From an uncultured Clostridia bacterium (GTDB taxonomy: Bacteria > Bacillota > Clostridia > Oscillospirales > CAG-272): 30,508 bases of DNA. The notes beneath the pieces were generated by a model that did no database searches, was not told the DNA's origin, and saw nothing but the letters and a program-made list of their open reading frames with translations. Location: the NCBI GenBank assembly GCA_905235755.1, contig CAJONA010000005.1, positions 1 to 30,508 of the forward strand. The letters run 5' to 3'. Position numbers and translations under genes: made by a program. Positions 18,687 through 27,360 of this stretch are shown one piece after another (position 1 is the stretch's first letter; each line of letters opens with the position of its first letter).

Positions 18687-19040
18687 ATGACGGAAAAGCA
18701 ACTTAAAGCAATCGGCGAGCGTATTAAAGAAAAGCGAGATTCGCTCGGTATCAGTCAAACAGATCTCGCGGAAGGTTTGGGTATTACAGTTCCCTACCTC
18801 GAACGCGTTGAGAAAGGAACAAAATCTATGTCCATCGAAACACTTATGGCGATAAGCGAAAAGCTCGGCACGACAACGGACTACATACTTCGCGGAAGAG
18901 ACGTAAATCAGTCGGAGCAAACGCTCGATGAGGTAAAAGACATATTCAATTCCTTCACCGCCGAGCAAGCAAAAGACGCGCTGTTTATACTTGAACAGGT
19001 GCGTGACTTATGGGAGATGAGAAAAAATGGGAATAAATAA
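18687..19040 (+). CDS. XRE-family HTH regulator
   Basis: IGERIKEKRDSLGISQTDLAEGLGITVPYLERVEKG...ISEKLGTTTDYILRG; start at ATG 18687. Confidence 0.9.
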   Translation: MTEKQLKAIGERIKEKRDSLGISQTDLAEGLGITVPYLERVEKGTKSMSIETLMAISEKLGTTTDYILRGRDVNQSEQTLDEVKDIFNSFTAEQAKDALFILEQVRDLWEMRKNGNK

Positions 19041-19590
19041 AAATATACCGTTCTTCATACCAAAGGCGGAAAAGGTAAAAGTCGAGCCGCCATATACCGT
19101 TGTGGTATGGTATGAGACAGACGAAATATACAGTCTCAATATGGAGAAGTACATCCGAGAACACGATGAGTATACAGCGCTTCTTGACAATCCGGACTTG
19201 TTCAAAACCGTCGAAGTCGGTCTTGACGGATACTCTCTCGAATGGAACATTGACGGCAAAATCATAACATTTCATACCGACAATGTGTTCCTCTATGGAA
19301 AATGCCTTGTGGGATATATGGATCTCATCTTGTACGAAACCGTGAGAATCGTATCCATAATCGCCAAAACAGACAAGTCCCGTTCAAAGGAATGGAGAGA
19401 TAAGCGGAAAGGTCAAAATGGTTGGCTTGAAATAAGGGAGGATGTGCGAAAGCGGCAATGCTTCGCAAAATTTGAAAGATTCAACGGAGAAGGATTTAAG
19501 ACAAGTCAAGGAAAGTACACGGCAGATAAAAAACAAATTGTGTTTGAAACGGAGAACAATATATATACGTTCGATGTTATAAGCAGTTAA
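19027..19590 (+). CDS. Hypothetical protein, N-terminal DUF2442-like domain plus unknown C-terminal domain
   Basis: LLDNPDLFKTVEVGLDGYSLEWN resembles the DUF2442 core; overlaps the XRE gene end. Confidence 0.6.
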   Translation: MGINKNIPFFIPKAEKVKVEPPYTVVVWYETDEIYSLNMEKYIREHDEYTALLDNPDLFKTVEVGLDGYSLEWNIDGKIITFHTDNVFLYGKCLVGYMDLILYETVRIVSIIAKTDKSRSKEWRDKRKGQNGWLEIREDVRKRQCFAKFERFNGEGFKTSQGKYTADKKQIVFETENNIYTFDVISS

Positions 19591-19613
19591 AAAACGGATT
19601 TGTGACACGTAAA

Positions 19614-19650
19614 AAGGCGGGTAGTACGTTTACACTATCCGCCTTATCTT
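19614..19650 (+). terminator. Intrinsic terminator
   Basis: AAGGCGGGTAGT-ACGTTTAC-ACTATCCGCCTT followed by ATCTTT. Confidence 0.7.
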
Positions 19651-19767
19651 TGACGCCGTTAAACCGCGTTATCAAGCCAAAAATGCAGTTTTACGGCCTT
19701 TTTCATATCCGTTTTTTACCTAAAATAGAGATGTCTGAAATGTAATAAAAAATTTTTTGTACGCCTA

Positions 19768-19818
19768 TTGACAACCGAACGTTTGTTTGATATAATGAAT
19801 ATTGAAAACAAATGTTCT
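19768..19818 (+). promoter_or_regulatory. SigmaA promoter with two LexA (SOS)-box-like sites
   Basis: TTGACA(19768)-17 bp-TATAAT(19791); CGAACGTTTGTTTG at 19776-19789 and AAAACAAATGTTCT at 19805-19818 versus Firmicute consensus CGAACRNRYGTTCG. Confidence 0.7.
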
Positions 19819-19895
19819 TATTTGTTCGGCGGTACAAACTGATCTTTGAAAAAGTAAATAAAGATGATGATAAATATTGAAGGATATTTTCAGCA

Positions 19896-19945
19896 AGCCG
19901 CCGACATGAAAATAAAAAACTGATTTTTTGTCGGCGGCTGTTTTT
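19896..19945 (+). terminator. Intrinsic terminator ~140 nt downstream of the SOS-box promoter
   Basis: Perfect 11-bp stem AGCCGCCGACA/TGTCGGCGGCT followed by GTTTTT. Confidence 0.75.
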
Positions 19946-20526
19946 ATGAAAAACTATTTCAAATAAAAAATATCAAAGACATAGGAACATTTTAAGTTTT
20001 CCGTGTTGGTACATATAAGGAGGTGATGCAGATTTTTGACAACTTAATGATCTGCCGATGAGATACACATACATAAGATTCTGCGATGACAGCAAGAGCG
20101 ATCTTGTGCCGAGGAGAAAGGCGAGCAATTGCCCTCAATCGAGGACGGGTAAGCGGATATCCGTATGTAATACATGGTCGATACGAGCGTAGGAACGGCA
20201 TCGGGTAAACAGGCAAAAACAAAACGGATGTGATACGGAGTGTTGAACTTTCTCTCATCATAAAATTTTACATCTGAAAAACGCCCTAAAGGAGGTTGTG
20301 GACTACCCCTTTGTTCACAGTGGACACACAAAGTTAACATATCAAATTAAATATACAATTGAAGAAAGAAAGGTATATAAAGTATATAAAGGTGACATAG
20401 GCGAATCGATTTTTCTTTCCCAATTGTATTCAGGTGATGAACGTGACGTATAAAACACGGCGCAGATATCCTTTCGCTCCTTGCGACCCTCGCGTTCCTG
20501 AATGGCACAAAATCAACCGATTTTAA

Positions 20527-20634
20527 GGGGACCCCGCAAAGTCGAATGACTTTGTGGGGAGAGGAGGAAGAACGGTGGGAGCGTAATTTCGCGCTCGCGC
20601 GGAATGAGCAAGTCACACGTTGCTTCCGACGACG
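20527..20634. repeat. Hairpin-rich element resembling a Clostridiales interspersed repeat
   Basis: CCCCGCAAAGTC-GAAT-GACTTTGTGGGG hairpin followed by AGAGGAGGAAGAACGG...GAGCG...CGACGACG. Matches a repeat pattern I recall from Oscillospiraceae-type genomes; only one copy in this window. Confidence 0.55.
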
Positions 20635-20686
20635 TGGCAAGCATAGCGCGAGGACGTCCTCGCACAAATTGTCGGGCAGAAGCCCG
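20635..20686 (-). other. oriT of the MOBP module
   Basis: Minus strand: perfect 16-bp palindrome GCGAGGACGTCCTCGC (20648-20663) followed by GCTATGCTTGCCA, matching the pC221-type nic core TGCTTG^CCA; second IR CGGGC-AGAA-GCCCG; upstream of mobC. Confidence 0.75.
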
Positions 20687-20771
20687 CACCCACTTACCTT
20701 TCTTTGAAAAGAAAGTGTAAGCCAAAGAAACTTCAAATAAAAAAGTTAAATTAAAAATCAAGGAGAAAAAA

Positions 20772-21086
20772 TTGAGCAGAAAGCAAACAGAAACAATAAC
20801 CATTCGGCTGACAAAAGAAGAAAAACTTGCACTTGAAAAGAAAATGTACGACGCGCTGTCCCCGTCGATGCGTCGGTTCATTCTCGATATGTGTATGACG
20901 GGAAAGGTCATCGTAAACGAAGATTTAAGAGCGGTAAACCGAGAACTCAAATATCAGGGGAATAACTTAAATCAGCTTGTTCACCTTGCACACGAAGGAC
21001 GCGTACGAGTGATAAATCTATCGGAAACGCTTTCCGTTTACCAAAAAACACTTATGGCAATGGAGAAACAAAATGGCGATAGTTGA
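20772..21086 (+). CDS. mobC: Relaxosome accessory protein MobC
   Basis: RHH N-terminus (TITIRLTKEEK) and ELKYQGNNLNQLVH motif; overlaps the relaxase start; TTG start after AAGGAG. Confidence 0.88.
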   Translation: MSRKQTETITIRLTKEEKLALEKKMYDALSPSMRRFILDMCMTGKVIVNEDLRAVNRELKYQGNNLNQLVHLAHEGRVRVINLSETLSVYQKTLMAMEKQNGDS

Positions 21087-22350
21087 AAGCATACCCGAAA
21101 GAAATCAATCTCCGTCGGTGCAAAACTCCGTGATAAACTACTGTTGCCGCGCCAATAAGACTTCACTCGACGAGCACACCGTCTACGTTTCGGGAGTGAA
21201 TTGTGTTCCCGAACTTGCACAGCAGTCTTTCCTTTCCACGCAGAAACTTTACGGGCATAAGTCCGGTACGCCGAGATTTTATCAGTACATACAATCGTTT
21301 CACCCGAACGAAAAAGTGTCGCCCGATATGGTACATAAGATAGGACTCGAACTCGCAAAGGCATTCGGAAACAGAGAAATCGTTGTCGCAACGCATATCG
21401 ACCGCGAGCATCTTCACAATCATTTTGTCGTCAACAGTTACGATATCGAAACAGGAAAGAAACTTCATTCAAACAAATTCTTTCTCGCAGGACTTCGTGA
21501 AAAGAGCGATGAGATATGTATGAAATACGGGCTGTCGGTGCTGGAAAAGTACGATCCGAATAAGAAGTCCACCCGTCCGAACTCAAAGGAATACCGCGCG
21601 GCGCTCGGCGGCAGCAGTTGGAAGATAAAGACGTGTATCGACATAGATGATTGTATGAGATACGCCGTATCGAAAGATATGTTCGTCGAACTCATGTGCG
21701 AGCGTGGATATGAAATAACGTGGACGGATACAAGAAAGAACATTACGTTTATCAAAGATAACCGTCGAGTACGGGACAATAATCTGCACGATGAAAAATA
21801 CTTAAAGGAGAATATAGAAAATGAACTCAAAATCAGAGAGCAATTATTTGGATATGCTCAAAGCGAAGAACAGACCGAAAGCACCGATAAGCGAGGAAGA
21901 TATGGAAAGGTTATCGGATATAATATCACGACTGGAAGATATGACAGAGGAGATGAAAACAGCGGCAGACGCGCAGATACAGGCGGCAAAAACGTCGATA
22001 GAGCTGATAACCGAGAAAAGCATCGAACGGGTTGGGAGAGCGAGCGCGCTCGGCTCATTTCGGGTGAAAATAAGGGATATGCTCGACGATATTCTGTGGA
22101 TACTGCGTCTCATCGCTATGGCGACGCCGACGGTTCTCGTGCTGGCGCTGTGGGCTTATGTCGGCTTGCGGTAAACGCCGCGTCGATGTTCGATAATGGC
22201 GATGAAACCGAGCAAGAGCGAAAGGAGCGCGAGGCTCGAAACGCCGGAGCATTACTCGGCACGGCGATAGGTCTTGTCGCCGGCGCGGTGATAGCCGCGA
22301 ACGAAAACGATGATGTCGGAGAAAACGACTCTCCGATACAGACCATGTAA
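21073..22350 (+). CDS. MOBP-type relaxase/mobilisation nuclease
   Basis: Motif I INY, motif II QYIQSFHPNE, motif III HIDREHLHNHFVVNS. Confidence 0.92.
   Translation: MAIVESIPERNQSPSVQNSVINYCCRANKTSLDEHTVYVSGVNCVPELAQQSFLSTQKLYGHKSGTPRFYQYIQSFHPNEKVSPDMVHKIGLELAKAFGNREIVVATHIDREHLHNHFVVNSYDIETGKKLHSNKFFLAGLREKSDEICMKYGLSVLEKYDPNKKSTRPNSKEYRAALGGSSWKIKTCIDIDDCMRYAVSKDMFVELMCERGYEITWTDTRKNITFIKDNRRVRDNNLHDEKYLKENIENELKIREQLFGYAQSEEQTESTDKRGRYGKVIGYNITTGRYDRGDENSGRRADTGGKNVDRADNREKHRTGWESERARLISGENKGYARRYSVDTASHRYGDADGSRAGAVGLCRLAVNAASMFDNGDETEQERKEREARNAGALLGTAIGLVAGAVIAANENDDVGENDSPIQTM
21821..22174 (+). CDS. Overprinted 117-aa coiled-coil protein with C-terminal membrane segment inside the relaxase gene (+1 frame)
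   Basis: AAAGGAG 10 nt before ATG; helical charged N-terminus; hydrophobic tail ILWILRLIAMATPTVLVLALWAYVGLR. Confidence 0.55.
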   Translation: MNSKSESNYLDMLKAKNRPKAPISEEDMERLSDIISRLEDMTEEMKTAADAQIQAAKTSIELITEKSIERVGRASALGSFRVKIRDMLDDILWILRLIAMATPTVLVLALWAYVGLR

Positions 22351-22470
22351 ATATGTCTGAAATCTTAATTTTTCAGAATATATCTGGACTTTTGACCTGC
22401 CGTATGATATGTTTGCTTTGCACGGACATATCATCGGACAAGGTCATAGGTACATAAGAAAGGAATGCCT

Positions 22471-22698
22471 GTGGCGAAAGAAAACAAACCGAAAATAGAT
22501 TCAGTGTCATACATATATGCGGGGACGAATAAAGAATTTGATTCTTTTCTGAAATCCGTTATCAAGGACTATATATCCGACGATAAGACCGTGCCGGATA
22601 AAAAACAAGAAAAACAGAACGTTGGGAGGAAAACAAAATGCGAGTATGGCTGTATTACCGACTGTCAAGAGATGAGGATAAAGAACTCAATTCAATGA
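22471..22698 (+). CDS. Small protein preceding the serine recombinase (possible directionality factor)
   Basis: AAGAAAGGA RBS, GTG start (MAKENKPKIDSVSYIYAGTNKEFDSFLKSVIKDYIS...); overlaps recombinase start. Confidence 0.6.
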   Translation: MAKENKPKIDSVSYIYAGTNKEFDSFLKSVIKDYISDDKTVPDKKQEKQNVGRKTKCEYGCITDCQEMRIKNSIQ

Positions 22699-24305
22699 CA
22701 AACCAAAAGAAAATCCTTGTCGAGTACGCCGAGAGTCGCGGCTATACGATAATCGGAGAATCGTTCGACGACAACGTGAGCGGTATGCATTTCAACCGCG
22801 AGGGGATAGAAAAAATACAGGACGAGGTAGAAAAGAGGACAATAGACGCCGTCATCGTAAAAGACCTATCGCGTCTCGGCAGACACAAGACGCAGACGGC
22901 AATGTTCATCGACTATCTGCGCGAGAATGACGTCAAGGTATTGTCGGTCACGGAAAACATAGATACAAGCAATGAGGACGACGAATTGCTCGTCGGCTTC
23001 AAAGGGATTTTCAACGATATGTACTGCCGTGATATATCAAAGAAAATACGCGCGGGATATAAACAAAAACAGCGAGAAGGTATCGTTCTTATCCCGCCTA
23101 TGGGGTATTTCAAAGATAAGAACACGGGAGAGGTGGTGATCGTCGAAGAACAAGCGGAAATCGTTCGAAAAATATTCAATCTTTATCTGTCGGGATACGG
23201 TCTCAAAACAATAGCGAGAATGCTCAATGGGGAGGGCATAAAATCGCAAGGGTACTATCAACTCAAAACGCTCGGCAAGAGTATCGGAAACAACAAACCC
23301 GAAATAGCGCACCGATTTTTGTGGGAGAATACCGGTGTCAGGCGAGTGCTTCAAAATGAGTTTTACACGGGAACGCTCGTGTGTCACAAGTCATATACGA
23401 ATAAGATAAATCATGTGAGAAAAGAGCTTCCGCCCGAAGAACATTTTCGTCACGAAAATTATGTGCCTGCAATCATATCAAAGGAGATATGGGAGCAGGC
23501 ACAGCTTTTGCTCAAAGACAAGGTAAAGCGCAGCGTGAGAGCGTCATCGGGAAAGCCGTATCACAGATATACGGGACTGCTCGTGTGCGGGGAGTGCGGA
23601 TCGAGTTTTTCATGCAGGATAAGGAGATGGGGCAGTCTCCCCGACCGTATGGAATATGTATGCAACGGTCATCATAGGTACGGCAAGGAGCATTGTTCAT
23701 CGCACAGAATAGACGAAGCCGACCTTGACCGTCTCATATACGATGAACTCAAACGGCTGCGCGACGAAGCCCATGAAAACTATGAAAGCATCGAAAACGA
23801 AGTAAAGCGGTGGCTCTCGCAGAAAAACACCGTTGATAAAAAGATAAAAGATCTTTCGTCCCGCCTTGCCCAAAGGCGCAGCGACCAACAGATGATACTG
23901 CTTGAACGTATAAGAGACCGAGAACACGCTGATATCTATACCGATATGCTGAACAAGTGTGAAAGTGAGATAAAAATTCTTTCATCACAAATTGAGAGTA
24001 TCAAAAACTTCGATGAAACGATAAAAAATCGAAAAGCAGAAATGAAAAACAGTATCGAAATAATGGACAATATAATATTGGACGGCGCAGTAAGCAACGC
24101 AAATCTTCGACTGCTTATCGATAAAATAGTTATACATGAGCATGAGAGAAAACTTGACGTCAGCATACTCATAAAAGCCGATTTCAGACAGCACATCGAC
24201 TTTTACGACGAAAACGGCGAGATAAGCGAAAAGGTATTCGAGTGCGTGGAGCACCCGAGCGAAATAAGCGAGGAATTTATTGATGCGATGATTGCAGGGG
24301 ATTAA
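22638..24305 (+). CDS. Large serine recombinase (integrase)
   Basis: YYRLSRD catalytic Ser, DDNVSG, VKDLSRLGR, recombinase domain (PPMGY), Zn ribbon CGECG...CNGH...C, coiled coil; GGGAGG RBS. Confidence 0.95.
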   Translation: MRVWLYYRLSRDEDKELNSMTNQKKILVEYAESRGYTIIGESFDDNVSGMHFNREGIEKIQDEVEKRTIDAVIVKDLSRLGRHKTQTAMFIDYLRENDVKVLSVTENIDTSNEDDELLVGFKGIFNDMYCRDISKKIRAGYKQKQREGIVLIPPMGYFKDKNTGEVVIVEEQAEIVRKIFNLYLSGYGLKTIARMLNGEGIKSQGYYQLKTLGKSIGNNKPEIAHRFLWENTGVRRVLQNEFYTGTLVCHKSYTNKINHVRKELPPEEHFRHENYVPAIISKEIWEQAQLLLKDKVKRSVRASSGKPYHRYTGLLVCGECGSSFSCRIRRWGSLPDRMEYVCNGHHRYGKEHCSSHRIDEADLDRLIYDELKRLRDEAHENYESIENEVKRWLSQKNTVDKKIKDLSSRLAQRRSDQQMILLERIRDREHADIYTDMLNKCESEIKILSSQIESIKNFDETIKNRKAEMKNSIEIMDNIILDGAVSNANLRLLIDKIVIHEHERKLDVSILIKADFRQHIDFYDENGEISEKVFECVEHPSEISEEFIDAMIAGD

Positions 24306-24451
24306 ATGTCAAGAAAAAAGTATGTGTATAAATTGTCGATAAGCTTTTCAACACTATTCCATCGAAAATCAAAATAATAATATGCGGTAAAAACAGCAAA
24401 CGCTTCTGCCGCTCTTTTTAATAAAAAGTTATGATATGCTAACGAAAAATA

Positions 24452-24480
24452 TTGACAAGCTAAATAAAAAGGTTTATAAT
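24452..24480 (+). promoter_or_regulatory. SigmaA promoter of the R-M operon
   Basis: TTGACA-17 bp-TATAAT. Confidence 0.8.
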
Positions 24481-24509
24481 GTATATGATGTATATTGTTG
24501 GAGGCTGAT

Positions 24510-24719
24510 ATGACCATATCGGAAGAAATCAAGGTTTTGTGCGTAAGATCAAACATCAGTATGGCAGAACTTGCGAGACGCATCGGGATTTCACCGCAAA
24601 GCCTTAACGGTAAAATGAAAAGAGAGAGTTTTACAATCTCTGAACTTGAAGTGATTGCTGATGCAGTTGGTGCATCTTTTGAAAGAAAATTCATTCTCTA
24701 CAACGGAGAAGAAGTATAA
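24510..24719 (+). CDS. Small XRE-type HTH protein, probable R-M controller
   Basis: MTISEEIKVLCVRSNISMAELARRIGISPQSLNGKMKR; GGAGG RBS; first gene of the R-M operon. Confidence 0.8.
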   Translation: MTISEEIKVLCVRSNISMAELARRIGISPQSLNGKMKRESFTISELEVIADAVGASFERKFILYNGEEV

Positions 24720-24734
24720 TCAAAGGAGCTTTAT

Positions 24735-25802
24735 ATGCCTGTATTTAAATTGGGAGAGTTATTCTGCGGTCCGGGCGGTCTGGCTTGGGGTGCGATGAAT
24801 GCAGACATTGGCAATCCGCAATTTAAAATCGTTCATCAGTGGGCGAACGATTATGACCTGGATACTTGCCATACATACATCCGTAATATCTGTCCTCAAA
24901 ATGCGGATAGTGTCATCTGCGGCGATGTAAGAAAACTGGATTTGCAATCATTGCCGGAAATTGATGCGCTTGCTTTCGGGTTTCCATGCAATGACTTTTC
25001 TGTAGTAGGCGAACAAAAAGGGTTTGATGGAAAATTCGGTCCACTGTATACCTACGGTGTCCAAGTCTTGAAAAGTCACAGACCGCAGTGGTTTCTCGCT
25101 GAAAACGTGGGCGGTCTTCGCAGTGCTAACGAAGGAAACGCTTTCAACAAAATCCTTTCCGACATGAAAGCGGCGGGATACCGCGTATACCCGAATCTTT
25201 ATTGCTTTGAAAGATACGGCGTCCCACAGGCCAGGCATCGAGTCATTATTGTTGGCATTCGCGACGACATTCCTTATGAGTTCAAAGTGCCAAGTTACCG
25301 TCCGTATGAAAATGTTGATGTGACTTGTCGGACGTCCATTGAAAATCCGCCGATTCCTTTCAACGCGCCAAACAATGAAGAAACAAAGCAGTCCGCGACT
25401 GTGGTCGAGCGGCTGAAATATATTAAACCCGGGCAAAACGCTTTTAATGCTGATCTTCCGAAAGAATTACAGCTTCATGTTCGCGGGGCGAAAATCAGCC
25501 AAATTTATAAACGGCTTGACCCGGATAAGCCGGCCTATACGGTGACCGGATCAGGCGGTGGAGGCACTCACATTTATCATTGGAGTGAACCGCGAGCTTT
25601 GACGAATCGTGAGCGCGCCAGATTGCAGACTTTCCCGGACAACTATGTTTTTGAAGGATCAAAAGAATCTGTGCGAAAACAAATCGGGATGGCTGTCCCA
25701 TGCCGTGGAGCAAAAATCATTTTTGAGGCAATATTAAAGACATTTGCCGGGATTGAGTACGAGAACATTGAATCTTCTTTGAAAGATGAGGTCGATATAT
25801 GA
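24735..25802 (+). CDS. DNA cytosine-5 methyltransferase, M.BbvI-like (predicted GCWGC)
   Basis: GELFCGPGG, FGFPCND, ENVGG, TVTGSGGGGTHIYHWSEPRALTNRERARLQTFPD and QIGMAVP closely follow M.BbvI as I recall it. Confidence 0.9.
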   Translation: MPVFKLGELFCGPGGLAWGAMNADIGNPQFKIVHQWANDYDLDTCHTYIRNICPQNADSVICGDVRKLDLQSLPEIDALAFGFPCNDFSVVGEQKGFDGKFGPLYTYGVQVLKSHRPQWFLAENVGGLRSANEGNAFNKILSDMKAAGYRVYPNLYCFERYGVPQARHRVIIVGIRDDIPYEFKVPSYRPYENVDVTCRTSIENPPIPFNAPNNEETKQSATVVERLKYIKPGQNAFNADLPKELQLHVRGAKISQIYKRLDPDKPAYTVTGSGGGGTHIYHWSEPRALTNRERARLQTFPDNYVFEGSKESVRKQIGMAVPCRGAKIIFEAILKTFAGIEYENIESSLKDEVDI

Positions 25803-27358
25803 TTAATACATGGTGGGTAACGCGCCCCAAAAGAAAACTGAATTCAATTCCAGAGGTGTTGGCAACCTTTGCGGAAATCTCTTTGGACCAGGAATGGCAA
25901 GGACAACGAGACACACATCTTTCATTAGAAGACGCTTTGGAAGAAGCCGGTCTAAAGCGCAAAGGTGAACGCCGCGATCAGACCGGCGGCGGAGCCAGGA
26001 CCTATCTGGCGTGGATCGTAAGCCTCGGCTTGATTTTTAGGCAAGAATCAACCGGTCAACTGAAACTGACGCTTGCAGGGGAAGCTATTATGAATGGCGA
26101 TTCTCCTGTATCGGTGTTGAAAAATCAAATACTGAAATACCAGTTTCCGTCTTCTTTCTCCGTAGGACGAGGGGTAGATGTTGCTCCTCGCTTCAAAATT
26201 CGCCCGTTCCGTTTTCTGTTGCGGCTCTTAATGGACCCGGCAGTTGGGCATTTGACTGAAGAAGAGATTGCAAAAGTTATTATCACAAATGCCGAAAACG
26301 AAACTGAAGAATGCTATCGTGCTGTTATCAGCAAGTTGGCGGCTTTTCGTTCCGATGGCGACCGCTCGTTAGATGACGATTTCTTTGAAAAATATGCGCC
26401 GAAGACGGGTGCAGTAAACCCTGACCATCCGTTCAGCCATTTGATGGATAACGCGAATACATTTATTAACTGGATTGAATACACACAGCTTGCCAAACGC
26501 AGCGAAGACGACAGAATGCTTCGCATCATTCCCGAAAAAGGCGAAGAAATACGAGCAATTCTTTCTGCAACGCCGGCATTTATTGATCGCCCCAATCAGC
26601 ATGAATACTATCAGCGCAAATACGGTCTTGATCCCAAGCATCAAAAAGATACGCGAAACCTTACGCAGACGCAGACTATAACCGCAAAAATAATTGCCGA
26701 GCAAAAAATCAAACAGGCATTTGTTGTGGAATCTTTAAGAACGCCGATTACCAAGATCACCCCTGATTTGATAGACCGTATCATAGAACAGACCGGATTG
26801 GAGTCGAAATTTGTTGAGGAATCCCTGTTAAAGTTATACCCTCATGGCGCAATAGGCTCTTTTATGACAGAATACTTTGAAATGGCATTCAAGGGACGCG
26901 ACGAAGCTACAGATTTTGAAAAAGCGACGGTTAAACTGTTCCGCGAAGTGTTCGGTTTTGAAACTCATCATGTCGGTCCGATCGGATTGACACCGGACGT
27001 TTTGCTGTTGTCCGATACGGATGGCTTTGCCGGAATTATTGACAATAAAGCATACAGCAAATATACCATCAGCAACGACCATCATAACCGAATGGTGCAT
27101 AACTATATCGAAGGGTTCCATAATTATTCCGCTTCGGACAAGCCTTTGGCATTTTTCTCTTATATCGCAGGCGGATTTGGAACAAACATTGACGGGCAAC
27201 TAATGCGTATTGTCAGCGAAACCGGCGTAAACGGAAGCGCTGCTACGGTTTCTCATATCATACAAATGGTTGAGAGACAGCAGACAAATCCCTACTCACA
27301 CACGCAGATCAAAAACCTGTTTTCTGTGAACCGTCAGTTGAAAATTACAGATTTGTAA
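25799..27358 (+). CDS. Type IIS restriction endonuclease, AlwI-family N-terminus with FokI-like PD-(D/E)xK cleavage domain
   Basis: TPDVLLLSDTDGFAGIIDNKAYSKYTISNDHHNRMVHNYI parallels FokI KPDG...IVDTKAYS...QADEMQRYV; sits between two m5C MTases. Confidence 0.85.
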   Translation: MINTWWVTRPKRKLNSIPEVLATFAEISLDQEWQGQRDTHLSLEDALEEAGLKRKGERRDQTGGGARTYLAWIVSLGLIFRQESTGQLKLTLAGEAIMNGDSPVSVLKNQILKYQFPSSFSVGRGVDVAPRFKIRPFRFLLRLLMDPAVGHLTEEEIAKVIITNAENETEECYRAVISKLAAFRSDGDRSLDDDFFEKYAPKTGAVNPDHPFSHLMDNANTFINWIEYTQLAKRSEDDRMLRIIPEKGEEIRAILSATPAFIDRPNQHEYYQRKYGLDPKHQKDTRNLTQTQTITAKIIAEQKIKQAFVVESLRTPITKITPDLIDRIIEQTGLESKFVEESLLKLYPHGAIGSFMTEYFEMAFKGRDEATDFEKATVKLFREVFGFETHHVGPIGLTPDVLLLSDTDGFAGIIDNKAYSKYTISNDHHNRMVHNYIEGFHNYSASDKPLAFFSYIAGGFGTNIDGQLMRIVSETGVNGSAATVSHIIQMVERQQTNPYSHTQIKNLFSVNRQLKITDL

Positions 27359-27360
27359 AT

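Noticed and set aside
20044-20950. Minus-strand ORFs 20044-20340, 20347-20736 and 20513-20950 as rep or other genes
   Set aside because: No recognisable motifs; they cross oriT, the repeat and mobC antisense
18414-24312. Weak inverted similarity between TGAC-GGTAGCG-TCCCCT at the tRNA junction and AGGGGA-TTAAAT-GTCA at the recombinase stop as att arms
   Set aside because: Spacing is unequal and excision there would not rebuild a tRNA; probably chance
24302-24694. Minus-strand 130-aa ORF
   Set aside because: Antisense shadow of the HTH gene and its promoter
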